IMG/VR virus record: IMGVR_UViG_3300021963_000029
Location: 64,001-128,000 of that record
Reading direction: 5' to 3' (one strand)
DNA length: 64,000 nucleotides
Source of the DNA: a virus
Under the pieces are notes generated by a model. It did not search any database. It had not been told where the DNA came from and was given only the letters and a program-made list of their open reading frames with translations. Shown one piece after another: positions 53,550 to 62,810 of the stretch (its first letter is position 1; each line of letters begins with the position of its first letter). The position numbers and the translations under genes were made by a program.

Positions 53550-53716
53550 CCCTCATAAGCAAGTTCACCCTTTAGTTCAGCAACCTTAGCAGTTGCAAAA
53601 CACTCAACACAAGTCCAGAAAGTTTCTCCACTTACCATATTTTCCTCACAAAAATGGGAAGCAACATCTTCAAGGATGCCATTGAGTTCATTGAGTTGGG
53701 TGCGATCAATCTGCAT
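53546..53716 (-). CDS. Small hypothetical protein (56 aa; missing from ORF track)
   Basis: MQIDRTQLNELNGILEDVASHFCEENMVSGETFWTCVECFATAKVAELKGELAYEG. Confidence 0.65.
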   Translation of the reverse strand: MQIDRTQLNELNGILEDVASHFCEENMVSGETFWTCVECFATAKVAELKGELAYEG

Positions 53717-53753
53717 GATAGGTAGGGGTCTTGCTTACCTATCCATCATAGCA

Positions 53754-54452
53754 CTAGGAACAGCACTCTGCAAGTTTGGTGGACAGTTCAGCAACTGTCT
53801 GCTTTAGATCTTCTATTTGCTTTTGTTGTTCTTTGACTGCTTCTACTAAAGCTGCTGTTATATGGGGATAATTTAAAACTTTAGTTCCTTCTGAATTTAC
53901 CTTTACTAAATCAGAAAAAACTTCTTCAACTTCTTGGGCAATAAATCCAATTTCATGCCATCCATAATCAACTCTATCATATTCTACTCCTTTTAATTTT
54001 AAAACTTTTTCCAATGATTTTTCAAGTGGTTTAATATTTGTCTTTAGTTTAATGTCTGATGGACTCAATTGTACTGGAGTTCCATTTTGAGTCAATCCCC
54101 CAATAATATCCAACTGTCCAAAGAACTTTCCTTGAGGAGATGCTGCATTCCAAGTGGGAGTTCCTTCAAACTTTTTGATGATAGCATCTGCTTTGACACC
54201 AAGGTCTCCCTTCAATCCAAAAGATGTACTAGCACCAAACTTTAAGTGAGATCCAAAAGCATTGGAAAGACCAAATGCATTATGAGCACCAATTTGATTA
54301 GTCAATCCATTTAAATTGTTGACTCCAAAAGATTGTAGAGCAAATGGTTTTGTTGGGTCTAAAGATTGCCATGCTTCAATGGTTGCTGTAGCAGGAGCAG
54401 CAGCAAGACCTGCTTGTATACCTTCTGTTTCTATTGAATTAATGTATGCCAT
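53754..54452 (-). CDS. Tail/baseplate protein with peptidase S74 chaperone domain
   Basis: SDIKLKTNIKPL...KLKGVEY...IGFIAQEVE. Confidence 0.8.
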   Translation of the reverse strand: MAYINSIETEGIQAGLAAAPATATIEAWQSLDPTKPFALQSFGVNNLNGLTNQIGAHNAFGLSNAFGSHLKFGASTSFGLKGDLGVKADAIIKKFEGTPTWNAASPQGKFFGQLDIIGGLTQNGTPVQLSPSDIKLKTNIKPLEKSLEKVLKLKGVEYDRVDYGWHEIGFIAQEVEEVFSDLVKVNSEGTKVLNYPHITAALVEAVKEQQKQIEDLKQTVAELSTKLAECCS

Positions 54453-55159
54453 TATAGACCTCCAAATACTACTGTTTCTATTAACTTATCTACAAACTCA
54501 CCTAAACTAGTTGGGATTAGTGCAGACTTGGGTTCAATAATTGTAACTCCACCAGTTCCTTTCATATAGATTGGTCCTTTTGATGCTAAGATTAATTTAT
54601 TTCTAGCACCAATAGCAACATTAGCTGCATTAATTCTTACACTATCCCCAGCTTCAATAATTATATTCTGAGCAGATCTGAATACAAATGCTTCATCTGC
54701 AGCAGTAGATTCAAATCTAATTTCTCTTGCTGCTAAAGTTAAGATGCCATTACCAGCATCTATTCTTAAATTTTTCCCAGTACTCTTGATGTTTAATCCA
54801 TCTTTTGCATTACTATCAATGTTATCAGCAATGTCACATGGGTTGCTATGTAATTCAAACCCACCATCCTTGAATAGTTTTAGATGAGCACCAGATGTTG
54901 AGTGAAGTTCACACTGTCTTAGTCTTCCTTTTTCTGTTGACTCACCAATGAAAAGAGTTCCATTTTGAGGATCACATAAAACATATCCTGATTTTTCTTC
55001 CTCTTCTGGTTTCTTAGGAGTTTCTGACTTGGGTTGCTTTGAAGTATCAGTAGTTCCTACTGCCTTATCTAAAGCAGTGGGTTTTGTATCATACCTGGGA
55101 TCATAATTAGCTCTTGCATTTATATCCCTATCTCTAGGACTAATCTGTCTGGTTGCCAT
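54452..55159 (-). CDS. Baseplate hub/spike-associated protein (gp5 C-terminal-like beta-strand repeats)
   Basis: Follows gp5; ELHSTSGAHLKLFKDGGFEL, repeated short beta strands. Confidence 0.5.
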   Translation of the reverse strand: MATRQISPRDRDINARANYDPRYDTKPTALDKAVGTTDTSKQPKSETPKKPEEEEKSGYVLCDPQNGTLFIGESTEKGRLRQCELHSTSGAHLKLFKDGGFELHSNPCDIADNIDSNAKDGLNIKSTGKNLRIDAGNGILTLAAREIRFESTAADEAFVFRSAQNIIIEAGDSVRINAANVAIGARNKLILASKGPIYMKGTGGVTIIEPKSALIPTSLGEFVDKLIETVVFGGL

Positions 55160-57165
55160 TATCTATCAGCACAAAGAATTACTTTTTGAATTGGTCTTCT
55201 GTCTTCTGGAAGTTGACCAATCTCTACAAATTTAAGAACTGGTAACAGTATAGCACCTGATCCTGAATCTGTATTTATTACCAGTTTAGGAACAGTTCTG
55301 ATGATACCTCCATTGACTATTTTAGTATCAATTATTCTACCATCAGGATCAACAACAGGGTAAATTTCTACACCAGTATCACAATAGAGATTGTAAATTA
55401 GATCTTCCTCTCTATATCCAACTCCAGTGTTGATAATGATTACATCAGAAATATATGCAGTGTATTCTGTTCCATCATCTCCAACTGGATTTGTAGTGCA
55501 AGCATCACCTTCAGGAGAAACATATCCCATACCATTGCTATCCATGTAGACACTATCAATCTTCCCATCTTTAAGAATGACATTACCTCTAGCACCACCT
55601 CCAGTATTACATGCATCTTCAAAGGTAACATAAGGAGCAGTAGTATAATTTGCACCAGGATCCTTGATGTTTACTCCCATGATTTGACCAAGAACATCCA
55701 CAACAACTGCACCTGATCCACCACCTCCACCAAAACCACCAAAGAAAGTTACCTTTGGCAATCCACAGTTAAGAGTTGTGCCATCACAAGTTGCATAAGC
55801 AGCAAACTGTTCTTTAGTTAATCCTAGTTCAGCAAGAACATTATCACTTGGGGCACCTCCACTGTTTTGACCCAACCAACTTGCAAATTGTTTCTTGCCA
55901 TCAGAGAATAGATTTCTTACTCCTTGAGCTGGTGAATAACTTAGTACCTTTTGGAAATTAACTGATCCTTTTGGAACATATCCCTTATTCATTTCATAAT
56001 CAAATTCTTCCTTACACTTTGCATCTTCACATGAGAAGAAAGAAAGAATTGTTTTTGCATAATTAATTGCCTTAGAAATGATCCCACTAACTTGTCCAAT
56101 TCCCTGCCCTAAGACTGAAGTTAGTTCTTGAATTGCAGGACCAATTGCTTTGCTGATTTCATTTCCAATGGTCTGCATCATGCTTCCAATGAATGACTCA
56201 ACTGCACAAAGAGGAATTGCTACAACCTTTCCTACCATTTGTGCAAGGAAATCAAAGACAAAAGAAGAAATTTTCTTAAGGATATTTTGGAAAGTACACC
56301 AAATACCATCTACAATTTTATCAGTTGCTAATTTCTTTGCAAGAATAGCATCCTTTGGTAATAGTTTTTCTATTATATTTTTTAGACCTTGATAGATCTG
56401 TTCTATAATAAAGTCTCTGGTCAGTTTAGTAAAATCTGCAAGTCCATCAGCAATAGCAGTGGTAGTTTCCTGAATTAATTCAGGAATATTTTGTATGAAA
56501 TTTAGTGTTGGATTTACATAGATGTTAATATAGTTTTGAGCAGTATTCAAATAGTAGATAAACTTTCTAAGTGCTTGTGCAATCTTAGAAACTTTATCAG
56601 TTCCAGTTTTACATGCAGAAACAGTTTGTACTACTGGTGCTGTTCCTGGTGCTGCTGCTGCTTGTTTTTGAGACTCCTTATTATCTGCAGTTCTTCCAGT
56701 TGATAGTGGAATACCAGAGTCTTTTGGTTTAGTGCCATCAGCAGGTTTACTGGATGGATTAACTATCTGCTCTCCAGGTTTAAATGGTTTAAACCCATTT
56801 GTACCTAGGTCAAAAGTGTTTGGATGTTCAATGGATGCACCAGAGAATAATGCACCAATGATGACAGGTTGTTGCCCATCATCACCATCCATAAAGAATC
56901 CAACCACTGCTTCAGATCCTCTTGGGTTGAAGCTAGCACCAGATCCTCCTTCACCTGAACCAAAGTTCAAAGGAACTAGAACATGTGCCCAAGGTAGATC
57001 CTCATCCTTAACTACACTTGAAGAATCAGGATGATGACCTATGATTCTAACCTTTGCCCTATATCCATTCTCAGTATTCTTGTACTTGGTAACTATACCA
57101 ACAAACCATCTAAAGGAATCTCTTCCAATGAAATTAGGATTAATTAGGGATTGTTCTATTAGCAT
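55159..57165 (-). CDS. gp5: Baseplate hub subunit gp5 (N-terminal OB fold; no T4 lysozyme domain recognised)
   Basis: GRDSFRWFVGIV...RAKVRIIGHHP...DLPWAHVL...VVGFFMDGDDGQQPVIIG. Confidence 0.85.
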   Translation of the reverse strand: MLIEQSLINPNFIGRDSFRWFVGIVTKYKNTENGYRAKVRIIGHHPDSSSVVKDEDLPWAHVLVPLNFGSGEGGSGASFNPRGSEAVVGFFMDGDDGQQPVIIGALFSGASIEHPNTFDLGTNGFKPFKPGEQIVNPSSKPADGTKPKDSGIPLSTGRTADNKESQKQAAAAPGTAPVVQTVSACKTGTDKVSKIAQALRKFIYYLNTAQNYINIYVNPTLNFIQNIPELIQETTTAIADGLADFTKLTRDFIIEQIYQGLKNIIEKLLPKDAILAKKLATDKIVDGIWCTFQNILKKISSFVFDFLAQMVGKVVAIPLCAVESFIGSMMQTIGNEISKAIGPAIQELTSVLGQGIGQVSGIISKAINYAKTILSFFSCEDAKCKEEFDYEMNKGYVPKGSVNFQKVLSYSPAQGVRNLFSDGKKQFASWLGQNSGGAPSDNVLAELGLTKEQFAAYATCDGTTLNCGLPKVTFFGGFGGGGGSGAVVVDVLGQIMGVNIKDPGANYTTAPYVTFEDACNTGGGARGNVILKDGKIDSVYMDSNGMGYVSPEGDACTTNPVGDDGTEYTAYISDVIIINTGVGYREEDLIYNLYCDTGVEIYPVVDPDGRIIDTKIVNGGIIRTVPKLVINTDSGSGAILLPVLKFVEIGQLPEDRRPIQKVILCADR

Positions 57166-57383
57166 CAGTCGTCGTACATCCTACACTCTAGTGCATTTGG
57201 ATTTTCATCGCAGAATAATTCAAGAGGAGATGGATCATGCTCATCATCTGGATGATTTGATGCATAAGATTCTAAAGATTCCAATTCATTTTCAATGTGT
57301 CTTCTTCTTTGGGAAGAAATCATTGGGTCAGAAAGTTCTGACTTATCTTTTTCTATGTGATCTTTGATGTTTTTAAATGTCAT
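57165..57383 (-). CDS. cp12: CP12 Calvin-cycle inhibitor (auxiliary metabolic gene)
   Basis: DPSPLELFCDENPNALECRMYDD C-terminal CP12 motif. Confidence 0.92.
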   Translation of the reverse strand: MTFKNIKDHIEKDKSELSDPMISSQRRRHIENELESLESYASNHPDDEHDPSPLELFCDENPNALECRMYDD

Positions 57384-58654
57384 TTTGCTACTCCATAAGA
57401 GTCTCTTACTAGTTCTAATCCAGTGAGACCTTTATCAGTGAAAGAATGCTTTAGTTTACTTATAATATATTTACCAGATTTGCTTTCGTCTTTTAAACCT
57501 TGTTCATCAGTATTCTTTGTAATTTTTCCAAAGTCAAGATTGATAACATCTCCCACTGTTAACCCCAAGTTTAGGGGTATAGTTATATTTAACGACTGAC
57601 TAAACAATAAATTGTATCTTGACACACCTTGTGCCTGATATTCCATTCTTTTATCTGGTGCTTCTAACTTACCAGTTTTATCCATCTGTCCATTGTCAAG
57701 CATTCTAACCATTAATCTTGAAGGACTATCTTGTAATCCTTTTGGTATTTCTGGAGAATTATCTTTATCAGAAGAATGATTCATGATCTCATAACTGTCT
57801 GATAACTTATAAACATTAGAATAAAATTTTCTAGTGTTAGTATCAAAGAAATAGTTTACACTAGAGTACATCCCTATTCTTAAATTGTCTAAAATGTTTA
57901 CATTCTTATTAAAAACAGGTGGAGAAGTAATCTTGAAATTTAATTTAGGATCAGCAGGTGCTGCTGTTATTTCTTTGTAAAAATATGTTTCCTTTGCTGG
58001 TCTATTAGAATCAAACAAAGAATCTACACTCTTAAAGTTGTATCCATCTTTGTTCTCAAAAAATAAAAATCCTGCAGTACCTTGTGTATTTCCTGACTTT
58101 CCTCTTTCTACTTGTGGTATTCCTTTAGGACATAACCATCCCAACACAGTGAATGGTTTCCTTGCATTGGACATGAAAGAATATTTGTTTATGGTCTTTT
58201 CTATATTGCTGCTATTATATCTTGTTGTCTTTAACTCATCTTTTAAAATTTTAGATACTGTATTATCTAATGTATTATCATATCTCTTAAACAATCTAGA
58301 TGTTTCATTGACAAACACTTCACTTGGAACTAAATCTAAGGTGAATAATTCTTTTGTAGATTCTGTCGTAGAGTTTCCAATATTATAAACATAATAGATG
58401 TTATCTGATTCATCAAAAGTCAATCTTAATTTAGTTGCATCTTGCTCAATAACTAATCTTACTATCTCTCCCCCTCTCAGTTTTAATTTGGAAAGGATGC
58501 CACCAGTGTTAATTACTGCCAAAGAAAAATATGTAACTGGAGATGTAATACTCTCAGTATATTCCATAGAAGAAATTGATTGAGATATATCAATAAATCC
58601 TTCCCCAGTTCCTATGGAACATTCTATAATTTTGTAATTAAAATATGATGCCAT
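57380..58654 (-). CDS. Baseplate hub protein (gp27-like)
   Basis: FLFFENKDGYNFKSVDSLF, LTVGDVI...SGKYIISKLKH; position in hub module. Confidence 0.7.
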   Translation of the reverse strand: MASYFNYKIIECSIGTGEGFIDISQSISSMEYTESITSPVTYFSLAVINTGGILSKLKLRGGEIVRLVIEQDATKLRLTFDESDNIYYVYNIGNSTTESTKELFTLDLVPSEVFVNETSRLFKRYDNTLDNTVSKILKDELKTTRYNSSNIEKTINKYSFMSNARKPFTVLGWLCPKGIPQVERGKSGNTQGTAGFLFFENKDGYNFKSVDSLFDSNRPAKETYFYKEITAAPADPKLNFKITSPPVFNKNVNILDNLRIGMYSSVNYFFDTNTRKFYSNVYKLSDSYEIMNHSSDKDNSPEIPKGLQDSPSRLMVRMLDNGQMDKTGKLEAPDKRMEYQAQGVSRYNLLFSQSLNITIPLNLGLTVGDVINLDFGKITKNTDEQGLKDESKSGKYIISKLKHSFTDKGLTGLELVRDSYGVAK

Positions 58655-60606
58655 TAACCTAAAGAGTTATAGTAGAGTTTTTTCAATAACATTTTATCTG
58701 CATCACTTTGAATATTTAGAGATGGTGACCCACCTGAAGAAACATATTGAATCTGTGGTGGCATGACAGGAATTGGAACTTGAACAGTTTGTGGTGGTAA
58801 TTCTGACATAGCCATTGTATAACTTTTTGATTTTACCAAGATTGATTGTAAAAGAGGAACATCAACATTCTTTAGGGGATCTCCTCCACTTGCAGTAAAA
58901 TTATTATCTAAGGGGATAACAGCTTCTGTGCCATGCAAAAATTCAAAGTAACCAGACTTTGGACCTACTGATATGCCACCTTCATTCTTTCCTTCTTTCG
59001 CTCTTTCAATAGAAAGAGGAGATGAAATTCTATTTTTAACACCTCTAACTACTGGAAGAGGATCAGTTGGAGTTTTTCCATCAGGATAAACCTCAAAGTG
59101 TAGGTGTGTATTGCCACCATCTGGATACAAAGTAGCTATTTGTTGTCCACCATAAACTACTTGCCCAACTGAAACACTAGGAACAACATGAACATATCTT
59201 GTTACTAGTCCACCACCATGATCTATTTCAACAACTCCTCTATATCCATTATTAGCTGCCTTAATTACTTTTCCTGTTTTATATGCAGCAACTGCAGCTT
59301 CTAGTGGTCCACTCCAATGAGTCATATCTAATCCAGCATGAGATCTACTTCCTCCATCTCTTGATGCTCCAAAACCTTGACTTGCACTGACCCTTCCTTG
59401 AGTTCCAACATCGCCTCCAGGTAAAGGCATAAAAGTATCACCAGAAATTGGACCATCATATGCTCCTCCTGGGGGAATATTAGGTGCTGCCATTGGAGCA
59501 CCTTCATTATATGGGTCAGAAGTGCTAACTGCTCCAGTAAAATTTAAAGCAAATCTTTCAAATTTAACCAATGCTTTTTCATAACTTACAAGAGTTTTTC
59601 CAAAAGTTAAATTACCACTTCCTTCTACTAATGCCTTCTGTTTTTCTGTTTGTGTTTTTAGTTTATCTTTGTTTTTATTTTTATTTTTTTCTTCTTCTGC
59701 AGCACTAACCCCAAGTAAATCTCTAGTAAGGTTAGTTAAATCTAATGCAAATGATGCAATGGATGCCAGTCCTGCAAGTGGAAGACCTATGCCTGTTGCT
59801 GCAGATCCAGCAGCAAAAGCATCTAAAGCAGCACCAGTCCCTGCTATTGCAGCACCAGTCTGATCTCCTGCCTGTGCTCTAAATGCAGCATCAGCAGCAC
59901 CAACAACTGCACCAACACCAGGAATAATTGAAGCACCAAATTTTCCAAATGCTTTTGCTGTTCTTCCTCCTTGAGTTGCAGTTTGAACTGCATTTCCTCC
60001 TTGTCTTGATCTTTTAAGAGCATCATTACCAAATCTTTTTTTAAAAGAATCATCACCATATCTAGATCTATATCTTTCCTGTGCGCCAGTAGATACTCTT
60101 CTTCCAGTAGCATCAAATCCTCTTCTAACTTTTGGTCCTTTATTGAAAAAAGCATCTCCTGCCATTCCTAACAACCCAGGACCTAATAATGCTGCAGCAG
60201 CAACCATTCCTGGTGACAATGCACCAAGGAAGTCTCCCTGCATTAATTTGTCTACTGAATTAAATGCTGCCAGTGCACCAAGTGATTTTAAAAAATCATC
60301 TGATGCTCCTGCAGTAAAAAAAGTCCCTTTAAACTTAGGTAAAGTTATTCCTTTTGGTTTTTGTTTTTGCTTTTTCCTATACTTATTGTCATTTTCTTTT
60401 TGGATAGAATCTAATCTTTTTTTGTATCTGTTTAAAACAGACAGTTGAGTTTTTCTTTGATATATTCCATTCTCAAAAGTTTTTCTTAGAGCAATAGAAG
60501 TCTTTTTAGTTTTGGTAGAAACTTTAACTAAAGGACTAATTGTAGTTACTTTAGCAACTACTGTTGGGGTTTCTTTTGGTTTTGCTAGTAAAGTTTGTGC
60601 GTCCAT
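58654..60606 (-). CDS. Tail (tape-measure-like) protein with M23 peptidase domain
   Basis: HAGLD (HxxxD), TRYVH, THLHFEV; helical, Ala/Gly-rich N-terminal half. Confidence 0.8.
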   Translation of the reverse strand: MDAQTLLAKPKETPTVVAKVTTISPLVKVSTKTKKTSIALRKTFENGIYQRKTQLSVLNRYKKRLDSIQKENDNKYRKKQKQKPKGITLPKFKGTFFTAGASDDFLKSLGALAAFNSVDKLMQGDFLGALSPGMVAAAALLGPGLLGMAGDAFFNKGPKVRRGFDATGRRVSTGAQERYRSRYGDDSFKKRFGNDALKRSRQGGNAVQTATQGGRTAKAFGKFGASIIPGVGAVVGAADAAFRAQAGDQTGAAIAGTGAALDAFAAGSAATGIGLPLAGLASIASFALDLTNLTRDLLGVSAAEEEKNKNKNKDKLKTQTEKQKALVEGSGNLTFGKTLVSYEKALVKFERFALNFTGAVSTSDPYNEGAPMAAPNIPPGGAYDGPISGDTFMPLPGGDVGTQGRVSASQGFGASRDGGSRSHAGLDMTHWSGPLEAAVAAYKTGKVIKAANNGYRGVVEIDHGGGLVTRYVHVVPSVSVGQVVYGGQQIATLYPDGGNTHLHFEVYPDGKTPTDPLPVVRGVKNRISSPLSIERAKEGKNEGGISVGPKSGYFEFLHGTEAVIPLDNNFTASGGDPLKNVDVPLLQSILVKSKSYTMAMSELPPQTVQVPIPVMPPQIQYVSSGGSPSLNIQSDADKMLLKKLYYNSLG

Positions 60607-60609
60607 TTA

Positions 60610-62625
60610 TTATCCAATAGCTCCAAGTATTCCCATCTGAGTTTCATAACTATACATATCAGATCTGTTGCTTGCACTAACACTTGCCAAAGCAGAACTC
60701 CCTGCTGGGTTAGCAGAACCAAGACCATCTGCTCCTGCCATTTGAGGAACTGGGATCACAGCAACTCTAGGTCCTGACCCTGCACTAGAAGATAATTGTC
60801 TTCCTTGTGGTCTTGCTGGTTGTGCTGGAGGGGCAGGTTGAGCAGGAGGAGGTGGAGCAGATCTTGCACCTAAACTTCTTCTACCTTCTTGTAAATCTCC
60901 TTGAGTGACTTTAGAATTAGTAGTCCAAGCAGACCATCCTGAACCTCTCAATACTTTTAAAGCTGCCTGAGCATTAGTCACTGGATCCTTTAGTTGCTCA
61001 TAATTTGTAATTCCAAATTCTTGCATTCTTGCTGGTCCAAGTCTTCCTATCATATTAATTTGCCACAGACCATATGAATTGTCAGATCCTCCTCTGAGAT
61101 AACTATCATTGTGAGCACCAGCTCTACCACCAGATTCATACTTTGCAATAGCAGCTAATCTTACTGCTTCCTCATCAGTAGCTCCAACTTTTTTAGCAAG
61201 ATCTACAAGTTGTGCATTATTAAATTGAGGACCAGTGACAGTACCTCTCATTGATGGATCCATGTTAACTTCACCTGTTCCAATAGGAGGATTAGGTGTT
61301 TGTTGTGCACCTGCTCCTCCTCCACCGCCTCCACCACCCCCACGATCTTTCTTAGTTAGAAGTAGTTCTACTGCCTTTTCAAATTTTTCATTTAAAGTTT
61401 GAAACTTTTTAAGATCAGTTTGTGTTATAGTTCCTATTGCATCTGAAGTTAATGCTTTTTGCTCTGCAGTAACCTCTTCAAGTCTTGTTTGTGAGGCATC
61501 AACTTCTCCTTCTTCTCCTTGTGATGCTGCAAAAGCACCACCCAAAGCAAGAGCACCAGTGCCAAGTGCTGCCATCTTACCAAACTTACCTATACCAATA
61601 CCAGGACCTCTTGACATTCCTCCAGGGACTCTTGGTGTTCTAGCACCAAACATATTTTTACCAAATCCTTTGAGCAGACTTTTTAATACTGCTCCAGCAA
61701 CCATTGCTCCTATCTGAGGTAGGAAAGTAATTCCTATACCCATAAAGGATTTAAAAACTTGTCCCCAGTCTCCTCTAACTAAAGCATCTAATAAATTAAA
61801 TGCTGCTAATGATCTAATGGCACCACCAACTCCAGAAAAGAAATTACCAACAAATGGTTTTATAATATCTTTTAATTCTTTTTTATTATCTCCAAGATCT
61901 TTTCTTGGAAGTTTTCTTCCTCTATTTGCTACTCTCTTTCTATAGTCTTCTATTTCTTTTTTATTAGTTTCTTTAGTTTGCTTATAGTCTTCTTCTATTA
62001 TTTCTTTAATTCTATCTAAGTTGTCTCCAATTTGAACAAGATCTAAAGTTAATCTTCCTAATGAAGATGAAATTGCTTTTGGAGCTACTGGTCCTTGAGA
62101 TTCTTCTGAAGTAGCTGCCTGAGAAACCCCTGCAGGAACAGCTCTTTTGGGAACTATCCCTGTCATTCTGGTAGTTTTTAATGCTACTTTTCTTCCAGGT
62201 CTAAAGGTAGATTCAGGTCTAGAAATAAATGATTGTGCTTTCTGTTTTTTTTGTTCTTGTATTTCTTTTAATCTAGATTCTATTGCAGCATCTTCAATCT
62301 TTTGATTGGTTTGTTGCTGGAATGGTTTCTCAAGAAACTCTTCTACCAACCATTTCTGATATGCTTCATTGTTATATGCTCCACCATACTTATCATTTTG
62401 ATTTAGTTGTGGATACTTACCATACTTCTTGATATTTGCAATCAATCTATCTGCATCAGCATTACTAAGTTTTGTATAAGATGTAAAGTTCTCTCTTAAC
62501 CCTTCAACTTGTCTACCAGTTAATCTACCTTTTAATCTTGCCCAAGTTATTTCACCAACCTTATTAGCAGGCCAATAAGGTTGCTGTGGATCTAATATTC
62601 CTTCTGGTGGTGATGTAATATTCAT
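60610..62625 (-). CDS. Tail (tape-measure-like) protein with lysozyme/SLT-like domain
   Basis: AIAKYESGG...SYGLWQIN...DPVTNAQAA...GWSAWT. Confidence 0.8.
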   Translation of the reverse strand: MNITSPPEGILDPQQPYWPANKVGEITWARLKGRLTGRQVEGLRENFTSYTKLSNADADRLIANIKKYGKYPQLNQNDKYGGAYNNEAYQKWLVEEFLEKPFQQQTNQKIEDAAIESRLKEIQEQKKQKAQSFISRPESTFRPGRKVALKTTRMTGIVPKRAVPAGVSQAATSEESQGPVAPKAISSSLGRLTLDLVQIGDNLDRIKEIIEEDYKQTKETNKKEIEDYRKRVANRGRKLPRKDLGDNKKELKDIIKPFVGNFFSGVGGAIRSLAAFNLLDALVRGDWGQVFKSFMGIGITFLPQIGAMVAGAVLKSLLKGFGKNMFGARTPRVPGGMSRGPGIGIGKFGKMAALGTGALALGGAFAASQGEEGEVDASQTRLEEVTAEQKALTSDAIGTITQTDLKKFQTLNEKFEKAVELLLTKKDRGGGGGGGGGAGAQQTPNPPIGTGEVNMDPSMRGTVTGPQFNNAQLVDLAKKVGATDEEAVRLAAIAKYESGGRAGAHNDSYLRGGSDNSYGLWQINMIGRLGPARMQEFGITNYEQLKDPVTNAQAALKVLRGSGWSAWTTNSKVTQGDLQEGRRSLGARSAPPPPAQPAPPAQPARPQGRQLSSSAGSGPRVAVIPVPQMAGADGLGSANPAGSSALASVSASNRSDMYSYETQMGILGAIG

Positions 62626-62810
62626 CTATTTGCTTTAGCAGCTTTTTCTTCCTCTTCTCTTATATAATTTTCTAACAGGGAAAGATAAATCTCTCTTTCC
62701 CATGGAATCATATTTTCAATCTCTGTCAAAGAGTATTTATGATGCTGCATCAAGGCAAAATTAGTTCTATAGTATGCCTCTAGATCTTCATGACCAAGGA
62801 CTAACCGAAA
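62622..62810 (-). CDS. gp51: gp51-like hub assembly protein frame; no canonical start before ATG 62750, probably reached by -1 frameshift
   Basis: GHEDLEAYYRTNFALMQHHKYSLTEIENMIPWEREIYLSLL in the -1 frame of gp26. Confidence 0.8.
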   Translation of the reverse strand, partial: FRLVLGHEDLEAYYRTNFALMQHHKYSLTEIENMIPWEREIYLSLLENYIREEEEKAAKANR

